Shown here: positions 38,155 to 48,015 of the stretch, piece after piece
How positions within the stretch are numbered: position 1 is the stretch's first letter
Layout: each line of letters starts with the position of its first letter
DNA from: an uncultured Gammaproteobacteria bacterium
GTDB lineage: Bacteria; Pseudomonadota; Gammaproteobacteria; Arenicellales; CAJQKF01
DNA length: 64,000 nucleotides
Direction: 5' to 3'
Assembly (NCBI GenBank): GCA_965652415.1
Contig: CBFGVH010000001.1
Coordinates: 33,041 to 97,040, forward strand
Translations under genes and position numbers: made by a program
Notes under the pieces: model-generated
Seen by the model: only the letters and a program-made list of their open reading frames with translations
Databases searched by the model: none
Told to the model about the DNA's origin: nothing

Positions 38155-38922
38155 TCACTTCGCGGTAAAGCCGCCGTCGACAAAAATGGTCTGCCCGGTG
38201 ATGTAGTCGGATGCCGGCGAGGCGAGGAACACGGCGATGCCGGCCAGGTCGGTCATCTCGCCGTTGCGGCCGACGGCCGTATGGTCCGCCGCCCACTGCC
38301 GACGCCCGGGATCGTCGAATACCGGCCGCGTCAGATCGGTCGGGAAGAACCCGGGAGCGATGGCGTTGCAGTTGATGCCGTGGCGCGACCAGGCCTCGGC
38401 CATGGCCCGCGTGAGCTGCTCGATCCCGCCCTTGGAAGCGCCGTAGGCAATGCTGTCGGGAAAGGCACGGCGCGACTGCAGCGAGGCGATGTTGATCACC
38501 CTGCCCCAGCCTTTCTCCTGCATGGCCGGCACCAGCAGCCGGGCAAGGAAGAACGGCACCGAGAGGTTGATGTCCAAAGTGCGCTGCCACGATTCCCGGG
38601 TGATCTCCCGCCACGGCTCGCGCAGGTTGACCCCGGCGCAGTTGACCAGGATGTCGGGGCTGCCGAGGCCGTCGGCGACCTCGCGGGTCAGCCTTTCGAG
38701 TTCGCCCGCTGCTTGAAGATCCGCCGCCACCGCCAATGCGCGACCGCCCGCATCGACGATCGCCCGGGCGGTTTCATCGAGTGCGTCCGCCCTTCTCGCG
38801 CTCACGGCCACCGCCGCCCCGCCCGATGCCAGGACGCCGGCAAGGGCGCACCCGATGCCGCCGCTCGCCCCGGTGACGAGGGCGACGCGGCCGGACAGGT
38901 CGAACAACGCGCCGAGACTCAC
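38155..38922 (-). CDS. SDR-family oxidoreductase
   Basis: TGASGGIG cofactor motif and YGASK catalytic YxxxK. The GTG start forms a GTGA overlap with the upstream gene. Confidence 0.88.
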   Translation of the reverse strand: MSLGALFDLSGRVALVTGASGGIGCALAGVLASGGAAVAVSARRADALDETARAIVDAGGRALAVAADLQAAGELERLTREVADGLGSPDILVNCAGVNLREPWREITRESWQRTLDINLSVPFFLARLLVPAMQEKGWGRVINIASLQSRRAFPDSIAYGASKGGIEQLTRAMAEAWSRHGINCNAIAPGFFPTDLTRPVFDDPGRRQWAADHTAVGRNGEMTDLAGIAVFLASPASDYITGQTIFVDGGFTAK

Positions 38923-40223
38923 GGCCGCAAGGTGAAACTCTCGTCCGGGAAATACTTGCCAAGCCGGTCATCGCCCGTCAGCGCGTGTCCCTCCATGCCC
39001 TCCAGGCGCGAGATTCGCGACGACGCCACTGCCACGCTGCGGTTCGCGTCCCGCGTCATGCGCTGCCACGTGACCGTCTTGATGAACTTGCCCACCGACA
39101 GACCGCCGGTGTAGCGGGCCGCGCCGCGGGTGGGCAGGATGTGGTTGGTGCCGGAGCACTTGTCGCCGTAGGCGACGGTCGTTTCCTCGCCGAGGAACAG
39201 CGAACCGTAGTTGGACAGGTTGACCAGCCACCAGTCGAGGTCGGCGGCGTGCACTTCGAGGTGCTCCGGCGCATAGCGATCGCTGACCTCGACCGCCTCC
39301 TCGCGCGAGTCCACCACGACGACCTCGCCGTAGTCGCGCCAGGCAACCTCGGCAGCGCCGCGATTGGGCTCGGGCAGGCGCGCGATGCACGCGGGAACCT
39401 GCGCCATGGCGGCCTCGGCCACGGCCCGCGACAGGGCAACCAGCCAGGCCGGCGAGTCGGGACCGTGCTCCGCTTGTCCGACGAGGTCCGACGCAACCAG
39501 GAACGGGTCGGCTTCATCGTCGGCGATGACCAGCACCTCGGTGGGACCTGCGAAAAGATCGATGCCGACGCGGCCGAACAGCACCCGCTTGGACTCGGCC
39601 ACGAAGCGGTTCCCCGGACCCACGATGATGTCGGCCGGGTGCCCCGTAAAGAGCCCGAACGCCAGCGCCGCTACCCCCTGCACGCCGCCGAGATTCAGGA
39701 TGGTATCGGCGCCGCACAGGTCCGCGGTGTAGATGATGGCCGGATGGCAGCCGCCGTGCTCGCGGTTGGGTGGCGAACACACCACGACGTTCTTCACCCC
39801 GGCCACTTTCGCGGTGGTCACGCTCATCACTGCCGAGGCGACGTGGGCGTAGCGGCCGCCGGGCACGTAACAGCCGGCCGTAACGACCGGGACCAGGCGT
39901 TGGCCCGCGAAAAGACCGGGCGACAGCTCGGTCTCGAACTCGGTCATGCTGGCGCGCTGCGCCTCGGCGAACTGGCGAACACGGTCGTACGAAAAGCGGA
40001 TATCGTCTTTCACCGCCCGCGGCAGCGCCGCTGCGGCGGACTCGACGGTCTCGGCGGACACGACGACCTCGCCCTGGAAACCGTCCAGCTCCCTCGCGTA
40101 GTCGAGCGCCTTCGCTTCACCGCCGTGCTCGATCTCTGCCAGCATGCGGTTGACGATGGCACGGGTATCGTCCTCGCCGGTGGTCGGGTTCTTTTCGGCG
40201 CGCTTCAGATAGGTCGTTGCCAT
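38919..40223 (-). CDS. histidinol-dehydrogenase-family dehydrogenase (paralogue; possibly sulfopropanediol 3-dehydrogenase-like)
   Basis: 434-aa HisD-fold sequence in a TRAP/dehydrogenase operon, with no his-operon context. Confidence 0.7.
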   Translation of the reverse strand: MATTYLKRAEKNPTTGEDDTRAIVNRMLAEIEHGGEAKALDYARELDGFQGEVVVSAETVESAAAALPRAVKDDIRFSYDRVRQFAEAQRASMTEFETELSPGLFAGQRLVPVVTAGCYVPGGRYAHVASAVMSVTTAKVAGVKNVVVCSPPNREHGGCHPAIIYTADLCGADTILNLGGVQGVAALAFGLFTGHPADIIVGPGNRFVAESKRVLFGRVGIDLFAGPTEVLVIADDEADPFLVASDLVGQAEHGPDSPAWLVALSRAVAEAAMAQVPACIARLPEPNRGAAEVAWRDYGEVVVVDSREEAVEVSDRYAPEHLEVHAADLDWWLVNLSNYGSLFLGEETTVAYGDKCSGTNHILPTRGAARYTGGLSVGKFIKTVTWQRMTRDANRSVAVASSRISRLEGMEGHALTGDDRLGKYFPDESFTLRP

Positions 40224-40257
40224 TGAGTGTCTCGCTCGTTGCGTCCGGGTTTGGCCG

Positions 40258-41598
40258 TCAGTTGCCGTAGATCACGCCCGGCAGCCACAGGGCGATCTGC
40301 GGAAAGGTCATGATCAGCGCCAGGCCGAACAGCTGGACCAGCATGAACTGCATCATGCCGAGGTAGATGTCCTTGAGGTCCCACTCGGGCACGACGCCCT
40401 TGAGAAAGTAGGCGGACAGCGCCACCGGCGGCGACAGCCACGCAGTCTGAAGGTTGACTGCCACCAGGATGCCGAACCAGGTCAGGTTGAAGCCCAGGTG
40501 GTCGATCAGCGGCAGCAGGATCGGAATGATGATCAGCACGATCGGCACCCATTCCAGCGGCCAGCCGAGCAGGAAGATCAGCCCCATGACCATGACCAGG
40601 ATCAGCATCGGAGGCATGTCGAGCTGCAGCAGAAACTCGGTCAGCATGCCCGGCGTGCCGAGCCTGGAGAACACCGCGCCGAAGAAGTTCGAGGCCGCCA
40701 CCAGGAACAGGATCAGCGCCGTGATCTCCAGCGTCTTGATCATCGCATCGCGAAACCCCGACCAGGTGAGGCGCCGATAGGCCAGCGTCAGCAGCAGCGC
40801 GCCGAACGCGCCCATGCCGGCGCCCTCGGTGGGCGTGGCGAAGCCGAACAGGATGCTGCCGAGCGCGAACCCGACCAGGGCCGCCGGCGGCACCAGCCCG
40901 AGCAGAAACTCCCTGAACACGTGCCCCATGGACTTCGCACGCTGGTCGTCCGGCAGAAGCGGCGCCAGGTTCTTGTTGAGCTGGCAGCGCACGAGCGCGT
41001 AACCCGTGTAGAGGAACGCGAGCATGAAACCCGGGATGATCGCGGCCGCGAACAGGTCCGTCACGGGCACCTCGAGGATCGGACCCATCACCACGAGCAT
41101 GATGCTCGGCGGGATCAGGATGCCAAGCGTACCGCCGGCGGTGATGGTGCCCGCGGCGATGCGCACGTCGTAGCCCGAGCGGTTCATGGTCTTGGCGGCC
41201 ATGATGCCGAGGATCGTCACGGAGGCTCCGACGATGCCTGTCGCGGCGGCGAATATCGTCGATACGAACAGCACCGCGATGTACAAGGCGCCGCGCACCC
41301 GCGACAGCATGAGCTGCACCGCCTGGAACAGCCGCTCCATCAGTCCCGCCTGCTCCATGAGGATGCCCATGAAGACGAACAACGGCACCGCCGCCAGCGT
41401 CTGCTCCAGCATGACGCTCGAGAACTGGTAGGTCATCAGGTAGAAGACGAGGTCCCCGAACCCCCACAGGCCGAATACCATGCCGAGGAATATCAGCGTG
41501 AACGAGATCGGGAAGCCGACGAAGATGGCGAACAGCATCACGCCGACCATGATCAGGCCGATCTGTTCTCCGGGAAGATTGATGAGCGTTTCCAGCAT
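40258..41598 (-). CDS. dctM: TRAP transporter large permease
   Basis: 446-aa polytopic protein starting MLETLINLPGEQIGLIMVG.. at ATG 41598, with an ATGA overlap with dctQ. The 617-aa ORF in the track has a junk N-terminus. Confidence 0.88.
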   Translation of the reverse strand: MLETLINLPGEQIGLIMVGVMLFAIFVGFPISFTLIFLGMVFGLWGFGDLVFYLMTYQFSSVMLEQTLAAVPLFVFMGILMEQAGLMERLFQAVQLMLSRVRGALYIAVLFVSTIFAAATGIVGASVTILGIMAAKTMNRSGYDVRIAAGTITAGGTLGILIPPSIMLVVMGPILEVPVTDLFAAAIIPGFMLAFLYTGYALVRCQLNKNLAPLLPDDQRAKSMGHVFREFLLGLVPPAALVGFALGSILFGFATPTEGAGMGAFGALLLTLAYRRLTWSGFRDAMIKTLEITALILFLVAASNFFGAVFSRLGTPGMLTEFLLQLDMPPMLILVMVMGLIFLLGWPLEWVPIVLIIIPILLPLIDHLGFNLTWFGILVAVNLQTAWLSPPVALSAYFLKGVVPEWDLKDIYLGMMQFMLVQLFGLALIMTFPQIALWLPGVIYGN

Positions 41599-42209
41599 CA
41601 GAACGGCCACCGGTTGTGACGCGACGCGTAGGCCGCCTTGAGCACTTCGGACACGCCCTGGATCAGCAGGAACAGGATGCCGAGCGGAAGTGCCGACTTG
41701 ATCGGACCCATGTAGGGCATCCACGCCGTATCCATGCCGCGCTCGCCTCGCGACCACGCCTCGAAGGCGTAGTCGATGGACATCCACATGAACACGATCA
41801 GTCCGGGGAAATAGAACAGCAGGAACAGCACCAGGTCGACGCGTCCCTGGGCTCTCGGGCTCCAGTTGCGGTAAATGAAATCGGCCCGAATATGGACGCC
41901 CCTGGCCAGCGCGTAGGCGGCGCCCAGGGTGAACATGGCGCCGTACAGGAACCGGCTGATGTCGAAGGCCCACATGGTCGGCGCCACGAAGAACTTGCGC
42001 GCCACGACCTCGTACACCATCGCAAAGCACAGGGGCAGTACCAGCCACGCCACCACGAAACCCGTCCAGCGACTGAAGGTATCGATGGCGAGTATGGTGT
42101 TCGCCATCCACGGCGCCATGTCGTCGGGGATGGTCTCGCGGCTGACCGTGTGCCCTTCGGCGATGAGTTCGTCGGCAACCTGCAAGTGCTCGGGAACTTT
42201 CTCAGTCAT
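41598..42209 (-). CDS. dctQ: TRAP transporter small permease
   Basis: 203 aa with 4 TM helices; start at ATG 42209 (MTEKVPEHL..); lies between dctP and dctM. Confidence 0.8.
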   Translation of the reverse strand: MTEKVPEHLQVADELIAEGHTVSRETIPDDMAPWMANTILAIDTFSRWTGFVVAWLVLPLCFAMVYEVVARKFFVAPTMWAFDISRFLYGAMFTLGAAYALARGVHIRADFIYRNWSPRAQGRVDLVLFLLFYFPGLIVFMWMSIDYAFEAWSRGERGMDTAWMPYMGPIKSALPLGILFLLIQGVSEVLKAAYASRHNRWPF

Positions 42210-42309
42210 CGATTGAACCCCGGCAAAAAAACAAGCGGACCGTCTCCGGTCCGCTTGTGCAATGAGCCATGAGCAAAAAACGTCGCTCCGCCTTTTCTCG
42301 CAATCGGCC

Positions 42310-43410
42310 TTACTTCTGCAGGCTCTTGGCGTAAGCCTGGCCGAGATTGGCGTTGGAAGTCTGGGCGCCCGCCCAGAACGGAACGGCGATCTCGGCGAAC
42401 GCCTTCTGCGACTCCCACACCTCCTTGAAGAAGGCGTTCTCCTCGGCATTCTTCTCGAGCAGGTTGCGCGCGGCGTTCATGTACTCGCTGAAGTAGTCCG
42501 TCGGGGTGTCGTGAAGCTGCACGCCGTGGTTCTCGACGAGGTCCTTGAGCGCCTTGCCGTTCTCGTAGATCCGGTAGCCCATCGAACGCATCAGGGACGC
42601 GTCGGCCGCCACGTTCATCGCGTACTGCTGCTCGGGGGTCAGGCTGTTCCAGATGTCGCCGTTGATGTAGAGGTCGGCATTCACGACGACCTGGTGCAGG
42701 CCCTGCAGGTAGTAGTGCTTGAGCACCTTCTGGAAGCCGAACACGCTGTCGGGCTTCGGGCAGCACCACTCCGCGGCGTCGATCGTGCCCTTCTCCAGGG
42801 CGGGGAGGATGTCGCCGCCGGCCATGGCCACCGATGCCACGCCGATGTCGTTATAGGACTGTCCCGGGATCCCCGGCGGGGTGCGGAACCGATACTTGCG
42901 GAAGTCCTCCATGCTGTTGATGGGCTCGCGGAACCAACCGAGCGCCTCGGGCCCTACCGGTTGCAGCATCAGTCCCTTGACGTTCACGCCCATCTCGTCC
43001 CACAAGCGGTCGTACAACTCGCGGCCGCCTCCGTACATGAACCAGGACACCCAGGCGATGTTGTCCATGCCGACGCCGCCGCCGGCAACGGGGGAACCGA
43101 ACAGCATGGCTGCCGGGTGCTGGCCGGACCAGTAATGGGTCCAGGCGAACCCGCCCTCGACGAGGCCCTTGTCGACGGCATTGAGCACGTCACGGGCGGC
43201 AACCACGGCGCCGTCCGGAAGAACCTCTATGGTGACTTCGCCGTCGGTCAGGTTGCTGACGGTTTCACCGAAGTCCTTGAGCATGGTGATTTCGTCGGCC
43301 TTGAGCGGCAACACCGACTGAACACGTATGTTGACCGCCGCCTGCGCCTGCCCCGCGACCATGGCGGCGGCGAGGAGCGCACTGGATACGGGTAGCCATT
43401 TGCGTTTCAT
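42310..43410 (-). CDS. dctP: TRAP transporter substrate-binding protein
   Basis: Signal peptide MKRKWLPVSSALLAAAMVAGQAQA plus a DctP-type SBP body; 366 aa. Confidence 0.85.
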   Translation of the reverse strand: MKRKWLPVSSALLAAAMVAGQAQAAVNIRVQSVLPLKADEITMLKDFGETVSNLTDGEVTIEVLPDGAVVAARDVLNAVDKGLVEGGFAWTHYWSGQHPAAMLFGSPVAGGGVGMDNIAWVSWFMYGGGRELYDRLWDEMGVNVKGLMLQPVGPEALGWFREPINSMEDFRKYRFRTPPGIPGQSYNDIGVASVAMAGGDILPALEKGTIDAAEWCCPKPDSVFGFQKVLKHYYLQGLHQVVVNADLYINGDIWNSLTPEQQYAMNVAADASLMRSMGYRIYENGKALKDLVENHGVQLHDTPTDYFSEYMNAARNLLEKNAEENAFFKEVWESQKAFAEIAVPFWAGAQTSNANLGQAYAKSLQK

Positions 43411-43612
43411 ATGCGATTGTCCTCCTAATGGGATTTCGATGGGGTCTTCGTTGGTCCGTTCCCTGGAACAGTGATCTCCTGTTCGGTCACACCGGCCCGT
43501 CTTCTTAACGAGCCTGCCGGGCGACGTTGCCGTTCCGTTGCAGGTGCCTGGTCCGGATCTGCAGCGTCATGCGCCCGTTCATCAAACCGATAGCTGTTAT
43601 CGACAATGTGTT

Positions 43613-43626
43613 TGTAAGCGCTTTCA
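43613..43626. promoter_or_regulatory. LacI-family operator-like palindrome (site 1)
   Basis: TGTAAGCGCTTTCA fits TGnnAnCGnTnnCA. It lies in the dctP/regulator divergent intergenic region. Confidence 0.55.
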
Positions 43627-43793
43627 GTTTTGAGCTAACATTGAATCAGTTCAACACAAACCTGTCAACGATTTCGACCAGAAAATCTCGCGATCGACCT
43701 TGCCTCCCGGCTGAACACATAAAAATCAAGGCATTGAAGCGTCATGCGATGGTGAACGAGGAACAGCGGAAGGACCGGCCGGACAGTCCGGCC

Positions 43794-43807
43794 AGTAAGC
43801 GCTTACA
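43794..43807. promoter_or_regulatory. LacI-family operator-like palindrome (site 2)
   Basis: AGTAAGCGCTTACA has a perfect 12-bp core (GTAAGCGCTTAC) and sits 17 nt upstream of the regulator ATG at 43824. Confidence 0.55.
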
Positions 43808-43823
43808 AATATCGCCTCATTCC

Positions 43824-44843
43824 ATGCCGCGACTCGAGGACGTCGCTGCGCGGGCGGGTGTGTCGACCGCCACCGTCTCGCGAGTTCTCAACCGGCGCGA
43901 TTCAGTCACGGAGGCGCTTCGCGAACGCGTGCTCGCCGCCGTCGAGGAACTGGGATACCTGCCCCACGGCGCGGCGCGTGCGCTCGCGAGCCGCCGCTGG
44001 AAGACCATCGGCGCCATCGTGCCCACCATCGACAACGCAATCTTCGCCACCAGCCTGCAAACGCTGCAGGAACGATTGTCCGGGTTCGGTTACACGCTGC
44101 TGCTGGCCAGTTCCGACTACAGCCTCGAACGCGAGTACAAGGAATGTCACACGCTGCTGGAAAAAGGCATCGACGGACTGATCCTGGTCGGCGAGACCCA
44201 CCTGCCGGACATCTACACCGTGCTCAACAAGAAGCGGGTGCCTTACGTCAACATCTGGATACACAACGAACAGAGCCCGCACCCGTGCGTCGGCTTCGAC
44301 AATTACGGCGCAGCGGTCCAGCTGACCGAGTACCTGATCGACATCGGCCACCGACGCATAGCCATGCTCGCCGGCATCAACGAAGGCAATGACCGCGCGG
44401 TGGGGCGCTCCGCCGGTGTGCGCGACGCGCTCGCGCGACGAGGCCTGCAGTTCTACAACGGCTTCTACGAGGAACGCAGCTACTCCATCGAGGAAGGACG
44501 CAAGGTCGCCAGCGCGTGGCTGACGCACCCCTCGCCCCCCAGCGCCATCATGTGCGGCAACGACATCCTGGCACTCGGCGTGCTGTTCGAATGTGTCAAT
44601 CGCGATATCGACGTCCCGGGAACGATTTCCATCACCGGCTTCGACGGGCTCGAGATTACGGGCCACGTCAGGCCGGCCCTGACCACGGTGCACATCCCCA
44701 GCGCGGAGATGGGAACGCTTGCGGCGGACTACCTCGTCGCGCGCCTGGAGAACCGCCCGGTAGCGGAAAAGACGCGCCTGAGCACGAGTCTCGTGATTCG
44801 CGCCACCACCGCCCCGCCCCGCACCGACACGGCTCGACACTGA
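43824..44843 (+). CDS. LacI-family transcriptional regulator
   Basis: HTH MPRLEDVAARAGVSTATVSRVLN plus a periplasmic-binding-protein-like effector domain. An alternative ATG exists at 43749. Confidence 0.85.
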   Translation: MPRLEDVAARAGVSTATVSRVLNRRDSVTEALRERVLAAVEELGYLPHGAARALASRRWKTIGAIVPTIDNAIFATSLQTLQERLSGFGYTLLLASSDYSLEREYKECHTLLEKGIDGLILVGETHLPDIYTVLNKKRVPYVNIWIHNEQSPHPCVGFDNYGAAVQLTEYLIDIGHRRIAMLAGINEGNDRAVGRSAGVRDALARRGLQFYNGFYEERSYSIEEGRKVASAWLTHPSPPSAIMCGNDILALGVLFECVNRDIDVPGTISITGFDGLEITGHVRPALTTVHIPSAEMGTLAADYLVARLENRPVAEKTRLSTSLVIRATTAPPRTDTARH

Positions 44844-46457
44844 ATGCGCGCCATGAGCGAATACGATTACATCATCATCGGTGCCGGCTCGGCCGGCTGC
44901 GTACTGGCCCACCGCCTGAGCGCGGACCCGGCAAACCGCGTGCTGCTGCTCGAAGCCGGACCCCCGGATCGTTACCCGTGGATCCATGTGCCCATCGGCT
45001 ACGCCAAGACGATGTTCAACTCGCGCTACAACTGGTGCTTCGAGACAGAGCCGGATCCGGGCATGAACAATCGCCGGATCTACTGGCCGCGCGGCAAGGT
45101 GCTGGGCGGATCGAGTGCCATCAACGGCCTGATCTACATTCGCGGCCAGGCGGCCGACTACGACGACTGGGCCCGGCAGGGAAACCCCGGCTGGAGCTAT
45201 GCCGACATCCTGCCGTACTTCATACGCTCCGAGCGCAACCAGCGCGGGGCCGGCGCATATCACGGCGCCGGCGGCATGCAGGGCGTATCGGACGTCGGCG
45301 AACCGCACGAACTCGCCGAGGCCTTCATCGACGCCTGCGCCCAGGCGGGAATCCCCCGCAACGACGACTTCAACGGCGAACGCCAGGAAGGTGCCGGCTA
45401 CTATCAGCTCACCACCTGGCGCGGGCGGCGCTGCAGCAGCGCCGTGGGCTACCTGCGCCCGGCGCGCGGGCGCTCCAACCTCGATGTGCAGACCGGGGCT
45501 CTCGTTCACCGGTTGATCGTCGAGGACCGGACCGTCCAGGGAGTGGAGTATGCTCGCGGCGGCACGCGCGCCAGGGCGCGGGCACGCGCCGAGGTGATTC
45601 TCAGCGCCGGCGCCATCGGCTCGCCCCAGGTCCTGATGCTCTCCGGGATCGGTGATCCGGAAGAACTCGCGCGGCACGGCATCGAGGTCGTTCATGCGAA
45701 CCCGGCCGTAGGCCGCAACCTGCAGGACCACCTGCAGATCCGCCTGATCCACGAGTGCAACCGGCCGATCACCACCAACGACGACTTGAAGAGCCTGTAC
45801 CGCAAGGCGAAGATGGGGCTTCGCTACGTCCTCGCCCGCTCAGGGCCGCTGGCGATCGGCATCAACCAGGCCGGCGCCTTTACCGCCACGGGCGTGGACA
45901 CCGGGCGGCCGGACGAACCGGACATCCAGTTCCACTTCGCCGCCCTCTCGGCCGACATGCCGGGGGCGCCCCTGCACGAGTTTTCGGGATTCACCTCTTC
46001 GGTGTGTCAGCTAAGGCCCACCAGCCGCGGCGTCGTACGACTCAAGAGCGCCGACCCGAACGAGGCACCGGCCATGCATCCGAACTACCTCGCCACCGAG
46101 TTCGACCAGCGCAGCGTGGTCGAGGCGCTGCGCATCGCCCGCCGCGTCGCCGATGCACCGGCCATGCAACGCTACATTCGGCGCGAGCACGCCCCGGGAG
46201 CCGACATCGAGAGCGACGACGAGCTGCTCGAATTCGCGCGCGATACCGGCGTCACCATCTTCCATCCGTCGTGCACCTGCCGCATGGGCAACGACGACAA
46301 CAGCGTGGTGGACCACCGGCTCAGGGTGCGCGGAATGGATCGACTACGCGTGGTGGACTGCTCGATCATGCCGAGCCTGGTCTCCGGCAATACCCACGCG
46401 CCGGCGGTGATGATCGCCGAGAAGGCTTCGGACATGATTCTCGAGGATCGCCGCTGA
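44844..46457 (+). CDS. GMC-family FAD oxidoreductase (choline/alcohol dehydrogenase-like)
   Basis: YDYIIIGAGSAGCVLAHRLS FAD fold and a C-terminal ..HPSCTCRMG.. GMC signature. The start may be the ATG at 44853. Confidence 0.88.
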   Translation: MRAMSEYDYIIIGAGSAGCVLAHRLSADPANRVLLLEAGPPDRYPWIHVPIGYAKTMFNSRYNWCFETEPDPGMNNRRIYWPRGKVLGGSSAINGLIYIRGQAADYDDWARQGNPGWSYADILPYFIRSERNQRGAGAYHGAGGMQGVSDVGEPHELAEAFIDACAQAGIPRNDDFNGERQEGAGYYQLTTWRGRRCSSAVGYLRPARGRSNLDVQTGALVHRLIVEDRTVQGVEYARGGTRARARARAEVILSAGAIGSPQVLMLSGIGDPEELARHGIEVVHANPAVGRNLQDHLQIRLIHECNRPITTNDDLKSLYRKAKMGLRYVLARSGPLAIGINQAGAFTATGVDTGRPDEPDIQFHFAALSADMPGAPLHEFSGFTSSVCQLRPTSRGVVRLKSADPNEAPAMHPNYLATEFDQRSVVEALRIARRVADAPAMQRYIRREHAPGADIESDDELLEFARDTGVTIFHPSCTCRMGNDDNSVVDHRLRVRGMDRLRVVDCSIMPSLVSGNTHAPAVMIAEKASDMILEDRR

Positions 46458-46482
46458 CTTCCCTCGCGAGCGGTGCGGGCGA

Positions 46483-47301
46483 TCAGCCCGCAAACAGCGG
46501 GTGCACGCGGCGCGGCCGGTCCTCGAGGTACAGAGGCATCATCTCGTTGACGAGGGCGGCCAGCCGCTCCTGCCGCGTGCCGGCCGACGGATGGGTGCTC
46601 AGGAATTGCGGCGGTCCACCGCCGCTCACAGATTCCATTTTTCGCCACAGACTGATCGCGGCGCGCGGGTCGTAACCCGCCCTCGCTGCGAGTTCGATCC
46701 CGATGCGGTCGGCCTCGCTCTCCGCGGCGCGACTGTTGGGCAGCTGAATCGCCAGCACGGCGGCTACCGACGCTGCCGTGGCCGCACCCGGCTGGTCCGA
46801 CGCGATCGAGATCGCGGCGACGCCGAGAGAACTGGCAATCGCCACCGACATCTTCTCCGCCGTGTGATTGGCCAGCGCGTGGCCGATCTCGTGCCCGATC
46901 ACCTGGGCCAACTCGTCGTCCGTCGCGCCGAGCTTGTCGACCATGCCGGTGTACAGCGCCATGCGCCCGCCCGCCATGCACCACGCGTTGACCGTTTCCG
47001 GCTCGTCGATGATCTTCATCGACCATTTCCAGTCCCGCGTCGCCGGACGCATGGCGATCGCCTCGGTGACGAGGCGGCCGGTGATCCGGTCGATACGCCG
47101 CTTCAGGGCCGGATCGTTGTCGACCTTGCCCTGCTCTTCGAGCGGCTGGATCATCTGCACGTAGGCGAGGGCCGACTGGCTGATGGCCTCCTGCTCGGAT
47201 ACCAGCATCAACTGGCGCCGTCCGGTCGGGCTGGTCGCACAGGCGGCTAGGGCGAGGAGCAGGACGATAACGGTACCGACTCGTTTCCATGAAATTGACA
47301 T
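46483..47301 (-). CDS. M48-family zinc metalloprotease lipoprotein
   Basis: HEIGHALANH zinc site and lipobox LLALAAC. Start is at ATG 47301. Confidence 0.85.
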   Translation of the reverse strand: MSISWKRVGTVIVLLLALAACATSPTGRRQLMLVSEQEAISQSALAYVQMIQPLEEQGKVDNDPALKRRIDRITGRLVTEAIAMRPATRDWKWSMKIIDEPETVNAWCMAGGRMALYTGMVDKLGATDDELAQVIGHEIGHALANHTAEKMSVAIASSLGVAAISIASDQPGAATAASVAAVLAIQLPNSRAAESEADRIGIELAARAGYDPRAAISLWRKMESVSGGGPPQFLSTHPSAGTRQERLAALVNEMMPLYLEDRPRRVHPLFAG

Positions 47302-47519
47302 GACGGACTCCCTTGGCAATACGACTGACAACCCGGCAGTGCACCCGACGCGCTGCCCGAGCGCCTGACACGGCCCAGTATCGCCTCGCAGCCGCCCCGT
47401 CGTCCATAGCGGCGTCGACATCGACACCGACGGGGCGCCGGGTCATGACCGAGATCATGGACAACAGGCACCCGGTACTGTGAAGATAGGGGCGTCGAGC
47501 CCGGCCGACGGAGGTCGTT

Positions 47520-47987
47520 ATGCCTGTCAGGAAACTTGTCGAGTACCTCGACCGCAACCAGATCAAGTACATCACCATCAACCATTCGCCGGCCTACACG
47601 GCCCGCGAGGTCGCCGCGTCGACCCTGGTGCCGCGCCGCGAGTTCGCCAAGACCGTGGTCGTCACCCTGGATGAACGCCCGGCGATGGCGGTGGTGCCCG
47701 CTTCGCGGCACGTCGATCTCGACGCTCTCGCCGCTCTGGCCGGCGCCGGCCGTGCGGAATTGGAAGACGAGAGCCGATTCGCCGACGAGTTCCCGGACTG
47801 CGACCCGGGTGCCATGCCGCCGTTCGGCAATCTCTACGACATGCCGGTGTACGTCGACACGATGATTCGCGAGGACGACGACATCGTCTTCAACGCCGGA
47901 ACGCACACCCAGGTCATCCGCATGTCGTCGGCCGATTTCATGGAACTCGTCGGACCGAAAGTCGGCGATATCTCGGTCAAGGAGTAA
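47520..47987 (+). CDS. YbaK/aminoacyl-tRNA-synthetase-associated (deacylase-like) domain protein
   Basis: 155 aa with YbaK-like sequence (..KTVVVTLDERPAMAVVPASRHVDL..PPFGNLY..). A GGAGG SD lies 6 nt upstream. Confidence 0.65.
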   Translation: MPVRKLVEYLDRNQIKYITINHSPAYTAREVAASTLVPRREFAKTVVVTLDERPAMAVVPASRHVDLDALAALAGAGRAELEDESRFADEFPDCDPGAMPPFGNLYDMPVYVDTMIREDDDIVFNAGTHTQVIRMSSADFMELVGPKVGDISVKE

Positions 47988-48015
47988 GCGGGCCCGACGC
48001 GTTCGGCGACTGTCG

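Noticed and set aside
40258-42111. 617-aa ORF that looks like a fused DctQ-DctM permease.
   Set aside because: The first 171 residues are R/G/P-rich junk read in a different frame across dctQ. The real dctM starts at ATG 41598 (MLETLINL..), overlapping the dctQ stop as ATGA.
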